Assembly: GCA_013166775.1 (NCBI GenBank)
Contig: JABLTJ010000014.1
Coordinates: forward strand, 1 to 64,000
Length of the DNA: 64,000 bases
Reading direction: 5' to 3'
DNA from: Promethearchaeati archaeon
GTDB lineage: Archaea; Asgardarchaeota; Heimdallarchaeia; Heimdallarchaeales; Heimdallarchaeaceae
Under the pieces are notes generated by a model. The model saw only the letters and a program-made list of their open reading frames with translations, had not been told where the DNA came from and did no database searches. Positions 37,790-47,241 of this stretch are shown here, piece after piece (the first letter of the stretch is position 1; each line of letters opens with the position of its first letter). Both the position numbers and the translations under genes were made by a program.

Positions 37790-39238
37790 ATGAATGATCA
37801 ATACGAGGATCTCACAACACTTTCTCAAATTGAGGGAAAGAAACCTAATGTTTTGTCCTTATTGAAAAGCTGGGATTTTTCTGCATTATTTCTTGGAGGT
37901 TTAATAAGTAACATAGGATCATATTTCACAACTATTGCAATCTTTTTCTTTGCATTGCAATTAACAGAAAATCTAGGACCAGCTGAAGCAACAAGGTTAA
38001 TTGCTTTAGTGACTACTTTCTCATTAATTCCAATTCTTGTTTTAGGACCTATAGCAGGAGTCTTGGTTGATAAATTTGATAGAAAAAAAGTTATGATTTT
38101 TGCAGATTTATTTGCAGCAGTAGCTGTAATATCACTTATTTTTTCATCAAAGATGTGGCATTTATATTTAATTTTCTTCTTAAACTCATCAGTGAGACAA
38201 TTCTTCTATCCTGCAAAAACTGCTTCAATTCCAAGAATTGTTAAACAAGAGCAATTACTCTCAGCTAATGGGTTTATTCAAACCTCATCAAATATTTCAA
38301 GATTGATTGGACCTTTATTAGCAGGATTTCTAATAGAATTCTTTGGATTAAGAGCAGCTTTTATTGTGGATGCAAGTACATTCGTCTTCTCAGCGATTAT
38401 GATTCTTGTTATAAGAAGAGATTTGAAACCAAAAGATGATGGAGAAAAGATTTCCATAAGAAACGTAACTACAGGCCTCAGAGAAGGATTTAAGATATCT
38501 TTTGGGGACAAGATTATTTCTTATGTATTGATATTATTTTCCTTTACTATCCTATTGATAGGAATGGTAGATCCTCTTATTGTTCCGTATATGAGTTTCG
38601 AATTTGGTTTAGGAGAAAGAGAATTTGGTATGTTAATGAGCTTTTCAGCGATAAGTGGGATAATCGCTGCAGTAATTTTATCAATAAAGGGACAACTCAA
38701 GAAGAAACTTACATTTATGACTGCAAGTATATTGGTTGCTAGCTTTTGTCTAGCATTTATAGCAGCTGCTACAATTCTTCCAAGAGGATTCATTTGGCTT
38801 TATGTTGGATTTGCATTAATCGGAATGATTAATGTTGGATTTAGTATCCCATTTTCTACATTGCTTCAATCTACAATAAAGAATGAGAATTTGGGTAAAG
38901 TAAGCGGTGTTGTTGATACAGTAATTACTGGTGCTTCTCTTATTGCAGCAACTCTTGCTGCAGCCTTAGCTGGATTTGCTTCAATAAGCTTAATTTTCGG
39001 AATAATAGCGGTTTTGATTGCAGTTGCAGGGATTTTGGGACTTCTTTACATTAAAGCGACAAAGTTAGATAAACAAGCTCAAATCCGCGAAGAAGAGATG
39101 AAACATCTCAAAGAGCTTGAAGAGATAGAGCAAAAATCTGCTAAAAAAATAGTCGATTTTGATGAAATCGCTGAGATCACCTTAAAGCAGATTGAAGTTG
39201 AGGAGAATATTATTTCTCCTCAATCCTCTATCGATTAA
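37790..39238 (+). CDS. MFS transporter (DHA3/MefA-like exporter), paralogue 2
   Basis: Strongly similar to 35851-37248 along its length. Confidence 0.92.
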   Translation: MNDQYEDLTTLSQIEGKKPNVLSLLKSWDFSALFLGGLISNIGSYFTTIAIFFFALQLTENLGPAEATRLIALVTTFSLIPILVLGPIAGVLVDKFDRKKVMIFADLFAAVAVISLIFSSKMWHLYLIFFLNSSVRQFFYPAKTASIPRIVKQEQLLSANGFIQTSSNISRLIGPLLAGFLIEFFGLRAAFIVDASTFVFSAIMILVIRRDLKPKDDGEKISIRNVTTGLREGFKISFGDKIISYVLILFSFTILLIGMVDPLIVPYMSFEFGLGEREFGMLMSFSAISGIIAAVILSIKGQLKKKLTFMTASILVASFCLAFIAAATILPRGFIWLYVGFALIGMINVGFSIPFSTLLQSTIKNENLGKVSGVVDTVITGASLIAATLAAALAGFASISLIFGIIAVLIAVAGILGLLYIKATKLDKQAQIREEEMKHLKELEEIEQKSAKKIVDFDEIAEITLKQIEVEENIISPQSSID

Positions 39239-39257
39239 GAATGCTATCTCTTTTTTT

Positions 39258-40688
39258 TTATTCTTCTGCTTTTTCGGTAGTTACCTTGTGCATTAAATGT
39301 CTTTCCCAATCAAGAGTAATTTGACCGTCACTATGCTTAGTAAATGGAACGTTCATAGTCCCAGAATCTTCCATAATGTAGAAATCCATTACTTCTGGAT
39401 CATCATTCCTAGGAATTAAAGGAGTAGTAAACTTGGAAAACCAATTATCTGAGGTCAGATATAGAAGAGAATCCTTTTGTATAATTTCCATTGAAATTGT
39501 TTTTTTGTAAGCTTCATATTTACCGCAAAGAGATTTGTAGTGTTTACGTCGTTTATAATAAGGCATTACTTCTTCAGGATCTTCTCCTATAAGTAAAGCG
39601 AATGCGGTTAACATTAGATGTGATGGAGTCCAGTTAACATTTTGTAATTGAGCATAAGTTATATTCAGTTCAGGAGCAAAGCCGATATAACCTCCTGAAA
39701 CACCAGATTGACCGCCATGAGTTATTAAACGGTGTCCAAAGAAATTGTCATAGATTCTCCATCCATACCCATATGATGCTGAGACATTAGGACAAAATTC
39801 ATCATATGTTCTTGCAAAATTAGTATTATGTTCTTTCCACATTTCTTTTGTTAGTGTCTCATCTAAAACTCTTGTACCTTTGAACTCACCCCCATTCAAA
39901 TTACAGAGAAGATAATTAGTTATTTCTTTTACGCTAGATATTAACCCTCCAGAACCAGCAATAAATGGCCCAGTCAATAAATCTCTTTCTTGTCTTTCAA
40001 ATTCCTCGTTTCTTACACTAGTATTGTACCCTCTAGAAACATCTTGATCATCCTTTAAATCTTTAAGGAAGAACGTGCTTCTGTTCATATTAAGAGGTTT
40101 AAGAATATTCTCTGTAATATAATCTTCGAATTTCTTACCACTAATTTTCTCTATTATTTGCCCAAGAAGAGAAAAACCTGCATTCCAATAATAATACTTA
40201 GTTTTAGGAGGTCTTAAAACTTCACTCTGAGCATTGTTGATGTGAAAATAAAAATCATCCCAATTCCCCATTGGAAATGTGGGAGCTTTAGCTTTGTATA
40301 GCTGCTGATTCATTTGAGAGAAATAAAAAGTCATAAGTGAGGGGATTCCTGATGAATGACTCATGAGATGATGAATCCTTATAGGATCATCTTCTAGACC
40401 TAAACTGAAAGGAATATACTTTGAAACCGGATCGTTAATGTTTAGTTTTCCTTCCTGATGTAGCTGTAAAATCCCCATACAAGTTACTGATTTTGTTATT
40501 GAAGAAACTCCATACAGAGTATCTGCTGTTGCAGGTTTAACATCAACTTTTTTTACTATCCCAAAAGACCTTTGATAGAGTGTTTTTCCGTCCTTTGTTA
40601 TGAGCACAGATATCCCAGGTATTTTAAGATCTCTCATAATTTTAACTGCTTCATGCTCAAATTTGCTCTTGAAATTTTTTAAATCCAT
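39258..40688 (-). CDS. Serine hydrolase, beta-lactamase/AmpC family (cytoplasmic)
   Basis: SITK (SxxK), LMSHSSG, YWN (YxN), HGG. No signal peptide. Confidence 0.9.
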   Translation of the reverse strand: MDLKNFKSKFEHEAVKIMRDLKIPGISVLITKDGKTLYQRSFGIVKKVDVKPATADTLYGVSSITKSVTCMGILQLHQEGKLNINDPVSKYIPFSLGLEDDPIRIHHLMSHSSGIPSLMTFYFSQMNQQLYKAKAPTFPMGNWDDFYFHINNAQSEVLRPPKTKYYYWNAGFSLLGQIIEKISGKKFEDYITENILKPLNMNRSTFFLKDLKDDQDVSRGYNTSVRNEEFERQERDLLTGPFIAGSGGLISSVKEITNYLLCNLNGGEFKGTRVLDETLTKEMWKEHNTNFARTYDEFCPNVSASYGYGWRIYDNFFGHRLITHGGQSGVSGGYIGFAPELNITYAQLQNVNWTPSHLMLTAFALLIGEDPEEVMPYYKRRKHYKSLCGKYEAYKKTISMEIIQKDSLLYLTSDNWFSKFTTPLIPRNDDPEVMDFYIMEDSGTMNVPFTKHSDGQITLDWERHLMHKVTTEKAEE

Positions 40689-40809
40689 ATAATCACAGTT
40701 TTTTTTGGATAAACACTTATAATTATTATGTATAGTTTATAATGATTTTGCTAAACATTAATTTTTTTCCCGAAAATCTTATATATATTTGAGGAATCAT
40801 AAATATAAT

Positions 40810-40830
40810 CTTTGACTTTTTCAGTCAAAG
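40810..40830. promoter_or_regulatory. Palindromic operator at predicted TSS of the peptide ABC operon
   Basis: CTTTGACT-N5-AGTCAAAG perfect 8-bp IR, ~25 bp downstream of TTATATAT (40779-40786). Confidence 0.6.
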
Positions 40831-40854
40831 GAAAAAAAAAAGGAATGATAAAAT

Positions 40855-42585
40855 TTGAATAAAAAATTGTTAATAAGTGCAACAATTTTAATGTTAGTTT
40901 TAATGGGAATGTCTCCTAGCTTAATGGTTATGGGACAAGAACCTATTTACGGAGGAATAATGCACACTCCACTCTCAGCAGATGCACACGCATTAAATCC
41001 TTTCTCGTGGACAACAACATACGAAGCATATGTTATATGGCACATCTATGACCCCTTAGTACGACTGGATTTAGAGAATCAAGCATACGCATGTATTGCT
41101 GAAAGCTGGTCTCATAGCACCGATTTTTCTGAATGGACTTTTGTAATAAGAGATGACGTATATTGGCATGACGGTGAAAAATTAACCATTGACGACGTTT
41201 TCTACACATACAATTTGAATTGGAACGATCCTGATATTCCACGTAGAAGCTGGCTTTTTGATGAGATTACTGAACTAGAAGTAGTAGATAACACAATTGT
41301 TATTACTTTTGGTTGGGGACCAAAACCCGCAGATGTTCTATATGATTTAGCAACTACTCTAATAGTTCCAGAACACATATGGGCAGACATAGATCTCCAT
41401 GACTATGCTAATGATGTAAATCCAATCGGAAGTGGACCTTTCAAATTTGTAGAATGGGAAAGAGCACAATTCTTTAGATTGGAAAAACATGATCAATACC
41501 AATTCCCAATTTATATTGATGGTAAAACAATACCTATTATTAGCGAAGTAGAAGCCGCGTTTTACGCTCTAGCTGGTGGAGATATTGAAGTTATGGCTAA
41601 TCCTCCACCTGAATTAGAAAGTGCAGCAGAGTTCTATAATGCTTCAGTACACACTTCTCTTAATGACTACTGGGTTTACTTAGGAATGAATCAAAGACGC
41701 TATCCAAATAACGTTACAGAATTCAGACAAGCAATAATGTATGGTATAGACCGTCAAGAAATTGTAGATGTTATCAAATATGGACGTGGTGCAATAATGC
41801 CAGCATCCTGCAATCTTCCTTGGGGAACATACTACAACGAAGAAGCTAAAACATATGACTACAATATAACCAAGACAATCGAGATGCTAGATGATTTAGG
41901 ATGGGTAGATACAGATGAAGACGATATCCGTGAAGATGGACTTGGTAATCCATTAGAATTTGATGTAATTGTAAGTGCTGATGCTCAAGAATCTGTTGAC
42001 ACAGTTAAATTCATTAAAACATACCTAGAACCTGCAGGAATACAAGTAAACGTAGTTCCAATAATCTGGGATGTTCTTTGGACAACTGTTGGAGGTACTG
42101 GTGATGAAGCTAATACCTGGGATTACGATTGGGCAGTTCTAGGTTGGGTAGGCTTTTGGAGTGATTTCCATCCAAGCTCATTCTACTGGTTATTAAGTGC
42201 AGATAATTGGTGGGGATCTAATGCAGTCAATATTCCTGGCTGGAACAGTACAGTTCGTACTCAAGTGACCGATCTCTGTGAACTAGTACTCTATGAAACA
42301 GATGAAGCAGTAGTTGCTGATTTGATTGATCAAATTCAAGTACTAGTTGCAGAAGACTTACCTTACTTACCACTACAAGTCAATGGCGGAACTTACCTCT
42401 ACAAAACAGATGAATACAAGGGATGGCAATTAGGTCCAACAGATGGTCCAGATAACTATTTCACTTGGTTAAGCATCCAACTAATATCACCACCAGAAAG
42501 TGGACCAGGATACTTAGCATTAGGTGCAATACTTGCATTAGTCATCACTGTAGGATTAATCAAATTCAGAAGAAGAAGAGATTAA
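40855..42585 (+). CDS. Peptide ABC transporter substrate-binding protein (family 5) with PGY-TM-RRRR tail
   Basis: LNPF, IYDPLV, WHDGEKLTIDDV, PIGSGPFKF, FRQAI, PYLPL. Confidence 0.95.
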   Translation: MNKKLLISATILMLVLMGMSPSLMVMGQEPIYGGIMHTPLSADAHALNPFSWTTTYEAYVIWHIYDPLVRLDLENQAYACIAESWSHSTDFSEWTFVIRDDVYWHDGEKLTIDDVFYTYNLNWNDPDIPRRSWLFDEITELEVVDNTIVITFGWGPKPADVLYDLATTLIVPEHIWADIDLHDYANDVNPIGSGPFKFVEWERAQFFRLEKHDQYQFPIYIDGKTIPIISEVEAAFYALAGGDIEVMANPPPELESAAEFYNASVHTSLNDYWVYLGMNQRRYPNNVTEFRQAIMYGIDRQEIVDVIKYGRGAIMPASCNLPWGTYYNEEAKTYDYNITKTIEMLDDLGWVDTDEDDIREDGLGNPLEFDVIVSADAQESVDTVKFIKTYLEPAGIQVNVVPIIWDVLWTTVGGTGDEANTWDYDWAVLGWVGFWSDFHPSSFYWLLSADNWWGSNAVNIPGWNSTVRTQVTDLCELVLYETDEAVVADLIDQIQVLVAEDLPYLPLQVNGGTYLYKTDEYKGWQLGPTDGPDNYFTWLSIQLISPPESGPGYLALGAILALVITVGLIKFRRRRD

Positions 42586-42616
42586 AAATCTAACATAAAT
42601 ATTAAATCAAAGAAAC

Positions 42617-42653
42617 GAGGGCCCATAAAACCCTCCGATTTTTATTTTTTTTT
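42617..42653 (+). terminator. Hairpin + T-tract after the substrate-binding gene
   Basis: GAGGG-cccataaaa-CCCTC followed by a T-rich run. Confidence 0.55.
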
Positions 42654-42770
42654 ATAAAAAAATAATTATGAATAATGTTTAGTCAGTAATATTTTTTCTA
42701 AACATATAGTTATACCCGAAATATTTAAAAATATTTCAGATTATCAAGTTTCAAGCACGGTGTAAAATCA

Positions 42771-43763
42771 ATGGGTTTGAGAGGATATATAGCTAAAAAA
42801 ATCTTTTTTGCTTTAATTGCATTTGTTATTGCAATTACAGTTGTTTTCTTTCTTTATCATGTGATACCTGGTAATCCAGCGAATATATTTGCTACAGATC
42901 GAACTGTAAATCCTGAACAAAGAGAAAATTTACTTGAAAGATGGGGATTGAATGAACCCTTATGGAAGCAGTATGGTATATTTCTAAGGAATTTATTACA
43001 GGGAGATCTTGGTTTTTCATATCTTCATAAATTACCAGTATCAGAAGTCATTGGAATATCTCTACCTTGGACGCTTCTACTTCTAGGTACTTCATTTGTT
43101 CTAAATGCAGTCATTGGAATCTTTCTAGGAGCCTTTGTAGCTTGGAGAAGAGGATCTAAATTAGATACAGGTTTTGTGTTAACTTACAATTTTTATAACG
43201 CTATTCCTTTATTTTTTGTAGGAATGCTTTTCATTGCGTTATTTAGCTTCTACTCTAGAAAATGGGGATGGCCATTTTATTTTCCAGCGTATGGAGCTCA
43301 AACAGCAGGATCCTCAGAGTGGGGATTCTTTCCTCATTTAGTTGATATTCTCTGGCATTTAGTTCTACCGTTAACGGTACTAACTATAGCAGGGATTTTA
43401 GGATGGTCATGGTTTATGAGAGGAAATCTGATCAATATTCTAACTGAAGATTATATTAAAACAGCAAGAGCTAAAGGATTAAACGAGAATCAAGTTCTAT
43501 ATAGACATGCATTCAGAAATGCAATACTCCCAGTTGTAACTAATATCGGAATGAGTATAGGAGGATTAATAGGAGGAGCTGTTTTAATAGAAACGGTATT
43601 TTCCTATCCAGGTACTGGCAGGATGCTCTATGAAGCACTCATCAGACATGATTATCCACTAGTTCAAGGTGCGTTTATAATCATATCAGGTTTGACTTTG
43701 CTTGGATTATTACTAGCAGAAATTGTCTATGGATTCATTGATCCAAGGATAAGAACATCGTAA
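42771..43763 (+). CDS. dppB: Peptide ABC transporter permease
   Basis: PGNPA, GDLGFS, EDYIKTARAKGL, HAFRNA, ETVFSYPG, DPRIR. Confidence 0.95.
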   Translation: MGLRGYIAKKIFFALIAFVIAITVVFFLYHVIPGNPANIFATDRTVNPEQRENLLERWGLNEPLWKQYGIFLRNLLQGDLGFSYLHKLPVSEVIGISLPWTLLLLGTSFVLNAVIGIFLGAFVAWRRGSKLDTGFVLTYNFYNAIPLFFVGMLFIALFSFYSRKWGWPFYFPAYGAQTAGSSEWGFFPHLVDILWHLVLPLTVLTIAGILGWSWFMRGNLINILTEDYIKTARAKGLNENQVLYRHAFRNAILPVVTNIGMSIGGLIGGAVLIETVFSYPGTGRMLYEALIRHDYPLVQGAFIIISGLTLLGLLLAEIVYGFIDPRIRTS

Positions 43764-43768
43764 GGTGA

Positions 43769-44698
43769 GTGAAGATGGCAGCAATATTTAATAGAGATAA
43801 TATTAAACGTCGATTTAAGAGATTAAATAAGACATGGAAAGTGTACAGAAGCAATTGGATGGGAGTTGTAGGCTTAATCATAATAATAACTCTGGTGACA
43901 CTTGCAATTTTTGCAAAACAAATTTCTAGATACGATCCTGATGACAGAGATAATGATAACATTTTTCAGCCCCCAGTGCCTGGACACATCTTAGGTACAA
44001 ACCGTCATGGTAATGATATATTTTCAATACTTTTGAATAGTCTTGGAATTTCATTAGCAGTAGGTGTAGTTGCAGGGAGTTTAACTGTAATTCTAGGAAC
44101 GACGATAGGTGTAGCTAGTGCATATATCGGTGGAAGAGTTGACACCGTTATTATGCGTATAACTGATGTAGTTCTAGTAATACCTGCATTGCCTTTAATG
44201 CTTCTACTAGCCTCATTAGTTCCCCTGATAGTTGATAAGCTGAATTGGCTTGATACTATTCCTTGGTGGTTTATTATAGCATTTGTTTACGTCGTCGTAT
44301 TCTGGCCAGTTTCAGCAAGATTGATTAGAGGACAGGCTCTTTCGCTCAAACAGAGAGCATTTGTTACTAGTGCAAAATCTGCTGGAGCAGGAAATGGATA
44401 CGTAATAAGAAAACACTTGCTTCCTAATGTTTTTCCATTAATGCTTACAATGATTATAACTTCAATGAGACAAGCAATTCTATATGAAGCTTTCTTGTCA
44501 TTTCTAGGATTAGGTGATCCTAGTAATTGGAGTCTTGGGAAAATGTTAAGCATAGCTCAACAACAAGCATCGCTTGCCACGGGTGCATGGTGGATGTATC
44601 TTCCTGCAGGTATTGCTATTGCACTTACAACCCTTAGTTTCGCTTTCATTGGAATGGCTTTCGACGAGATAGTTAACCCACGTTTAAGGAGGAAATGA
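43769..44698 (+). CDS. dppC: Peptide ABC transporter permease
   Basis: HILGTN..G.DIFS, ARLIRGQ, HLLPNV, EAFLSFLGLG, NPRLR. Confidence 0.95.
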   Translation: MKMAAIFNRDNIKRRFKRLNKTWKVYRSNWMGVVGLIIIITLVTLAIFAKQISRYDPDDRDNDNIFQPPVPGHILGTNRHGNDIFSILLNSLGISLAVGVVAGSLTVILGTTIGVASAYIGGRVDTVIMRITDVVLVIPALPLMLLLASLVPLIVDKLNWLDTIPWWFIIAFVYVVVFWPVSARLIRGQALSLKQRAFVTSAKSAGAGNGYVIRKHLLPNVFPLMLTMIITSMRQAILYEAFLSFLGLGDPSNWSLGKMLSIAQQQASLATGAWWMYLPAGIAIALTTLSFAFIGMAFDEIVNPRLRRK

Positions 44699-44702
44699 TC
44701 AT

Positions 44703-45752
44703 ATGACATTGCTTGAAGTAAAAAATCTTAAAACATACTTCCATACAAAGGGAGGTTCAGTAAAAGCTGTAGATAACGTAAGTTTTAAACTAGGAAAGGG
44801 AGAAGTACTTGGACTTGCAGGTGAATCAGGCTGTGGAAAAACTACAACTTGTTTATCGATTATGCAAATGGTTGACTTTCCAGGTGAAATTATGGAAGGT
44901 CAGATCATGTACGAAAATGCGTTCGAAGTTATCGATGAAGATAGAAAAAAGAGTCTTCGGGACAGAATTCTTAATAGAAATCCTGGTAATGAAAAACGAA
45001 CCAGAAACCTTCTCGAGTTTTCAGAAGCTGAGATGCGAAGGATCAGAGGTAATCATATCTCTATGGTTTTTCAAGGAGCAATGAATGCATTAAATCCAGT
45101 CCATAGAGTAGGTAATCAGATTTTAGAGGTTCTAAATATTCATGAACCTGAATTGGAAAAAGAGGATGCTTGGGATAAAGTGATTGACATTCTTGAAACA
45201 GTAGGAATTGACTCTGCGAGAGCTAGAGATTATCCTCATCAACTCAGTGGAGGTATGAAACAGAGAGCTCTTATAGCAATGGCTTTAGTCAATAATCCTG
45301 ATATTGTTATAGCAGATGAACCTGTAACTGCTTTAGATGTCATAGTACAATCTCAAGTTCTTAAGGCAACTAAGGAACTACAAAGAAAGTTTGATTTATC
45401 AATGATAATGATTACTCATGATTTATCTGTAATAGCGGAAGTATGTGAAACGCTAGCTATAATGTATGCAGGAAAATTAGTTGAATATGGTGATCTCAGA
45501 ACTTTATTTAAAGAACCATTTCATCCTTATACTCAAGCTCTAATCAACGCCTTTCCAAGCATAACGGGTCCTAAGAAAGATTTGTTTGATATCGGAGGTT
45601 CTCCTCCAGATTTGCGTAATCCACCCGAAGGGTGTCGATTCCACCCACGATGTCCTAAAGTTATGCCAATATGTAGTAAAAAAATACCTTCAGAAACTCC
45701 AATAAAGAATGGATTTGTAGCTTGTTGGCTCTATGAAGAGGAGGAGAAGTGA
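44703..45752 (+). CDS. dppD: Peptide ABC transporter ATP-binding protein
   Basis: GESGCGKT, YPHQLSGGMKQR, ADEP, HPYT, GCRFHPRC. Confidence 0.95.
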   Translation: MTLLEVKNLKTYFHTKGGSVKAVDNVSFKLGKGEVLGLAGESGCGKTTTCLSIMQMVDFPGEIMEGQIMYENAFEVIDEDRKKSLRDRILNRNPGNEKRTRNLLEFSEAEMRRIRGNHISMVFQGAMNALNPVHRVGNQILEVLNIHEPELEKEDAWDKVIDILETVGIDSARARDYPHQLSGGMKQRALIAMALVNNPDIVIADEPVTALDVIVQSQVLKATKELQRKFDLSMIMITHDLSVIAEVCETLAIMYAGKLVEYGDLRTLFKEPFHPYTQALINAFPSITGPKKDLFDIGGSPPDLRNPPEGCRFHPRCPKVMPICSKKIPSETPIKNGFVACWLYEEEEK

Positions 45753-45756
45753 TAAT

Positions 45757-47202
45757 ATGATAGAAGATGAAATAACAGTAGAGGCAGTTCATTTACAAAA
45801 ACTTTTCCCAGTTGTATCAGGATTTTTTGAGAGTATTTTTTCAATTGAAACAATGAAAAGAACTGGAAGAGCAACGAAACAATTTTTTTCTAGTGTTTTT
45901 TCTAAAGACCGAAAGAAAACATTTAAAGAACTAACAAAAGAATATTTCGGGGTAGTATTTCAAAGAAGTGAAAAACACTATGTTCATGCTGTAGATGACA
46001 TCTCTTTCAAAATTCATAAAGGAGAAACATTCGGATTAGTTGGAGAAAGTGGTTGTGGAAAATCTACAACAGGAATGCTTTTGCTTAACCTTCTAGAAAC
46101 TACTGGAGGTCATATATACTTTAAATCTCCTGACTCAATTACACTCACTAGAAAACAGATAAGAGGTGTACGAATAAAAAAAGAAAAAGAAAAACTCACT
46201 CTTACAAGAAGACAAAAGAAACTTTTAAGAGGAAAAGAAGAGCGAGAGAATATAATTCTTAATGAAGAGCAAATAAACAATATAATAGCAACAGAAGGAT
46301 TTGATCAACATGAAACTTCTTCTCGTTGGGAAAAAATGCTAGTTCGGATTACAAACTTTTTGAATTCACTCCTTTTGAAGCCGAATAGAATATTTCTCAC
46401 AGAGGAGCAATTACTTTCTATAGGAACTGTAAGTAGAGTGGACATAAGTAATTTCACCAATCGGGAATTGAAAAATCTAAGAAAAGACATACAGATAATT
46501 TTTCAAAACCCATATGAATCCTTAAGTCCTAGATTTAGTATATTAGACATCATTGCAGAACCTCTAAGACTTCTACGTATTTATACTGATGAAGCTACAA
46601 TTGAAAAGAAAGTTAAAGAAGAATTGGAAAGTGTGGGATTGATTCCTGCTGAAGACTTTATCGATAGATATCCACATGAGTTAAGTGGTGGTCAGAGACA
46701 AAGAGTTGGGGTTGCAAGAGCTTTCATTCTTGATCCTGAATTCATTGTTGCTGATGAACCAGTATCTATGCTTGACGTGTCTATCAGAGTTGGAGTTTTG
46801 AAAATTATGCGACAACTAACAATTGAAAGAGGCACAGCATTTCTTTTCATCACACACGACCTTGCACTCGCGAGAGTAATGTGTGATAGAATTGCAGTAA
46901 TGTATCTTGGAAGGATTGTTGAACAAGGTCCAACCGAAGAGCTAATACAGAAACCTCTTCATCCATATGCTAAAGCCCTCATTGCCGGAGTACCTAAACC
47001 TGATCCTGATGCTAGAAGAACAGAGGATTTGCCAATAATAGGCGAAGTACCTAGTGGAATTGATGTCCCTTTTGGGTGCCGATTCAATCCTCGATGTCCT
47101 TATGTGATTGAGAAATGTACGAAGGTTGACCCTCAACTAGAGGAGGTAGGTAATAATCACCTTGTAGCGTGTATAAGGTATAATGAGATTAACAATAAGT
47201 GA
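45757..47202 (+). CDS. dppF: Peptide ABC transporter ATP-binding protein with ~104-aa insertion
   Basis: GESGCGKST, YPHELSGGQRQR, ADEPVSMLDVS, HPYA, GCRFNPRC. Confidence 0.93.
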   Translation: MIEDEITVEAVHLQKLFPVVSGFFESIFSIETMKRTGRATKQFFSSVFSKDRKKTFKELTKEYFGVVFQRSEKHYVHAVDDISFKIHKGETFGLVGESGCGKSTTGMLLLNLLETTGGHIYFKSPDSITLTRKQIRGVRIKKEKEKLTLTRRQKKLLRGKEERENIILNEEQINNIIATEGFDQHETSSRWEKMLVRITNFLNSLLLKPNRIFLTEEQLLSIGTVSRVDISNFTNRELKNLRKDIQIIFQNPYESLSPRFSILDIIAEPLRLLRIYTDEATIEKKVKEELESVGLIPAEDFIDRYPHELSGGQRQRVGVARAFILDPEFIVADEPVSMLDVSIRVGVLKIMRQLTIERGTAFLFITHDLALARVMCDRIAVMYLGRIVEQGPTEELIQKPLHPYAKALIAGVPKPDPDARRTEDLPIIGEVPSGIDVPFGCRFNPRCPYVIEKCTKVDPQLEEVGNNHLVACIRYNEINNK

Positions 47203-47241
47203 TATTCTTCACTTTTTGTTTCTTTAACCAGAGATGATTAT

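Noticed and set aside
37990-38000. CAACAAGGTTA match to the dispersed repeat
   Set aside because: Inside the intact MFS2 coding sequence with no upstream similarity; likely chance
36435-38793. Antisense ORFs over the MFS genes and other short overlapping ORFs in the track
   Set aside because: Shadow ORFs of well-supported genes with no motifs of their own
46126-46437. Intein in DppF
   Set aside because: No C-terminal HN-[CST] junction or LAGLIDADG motifs
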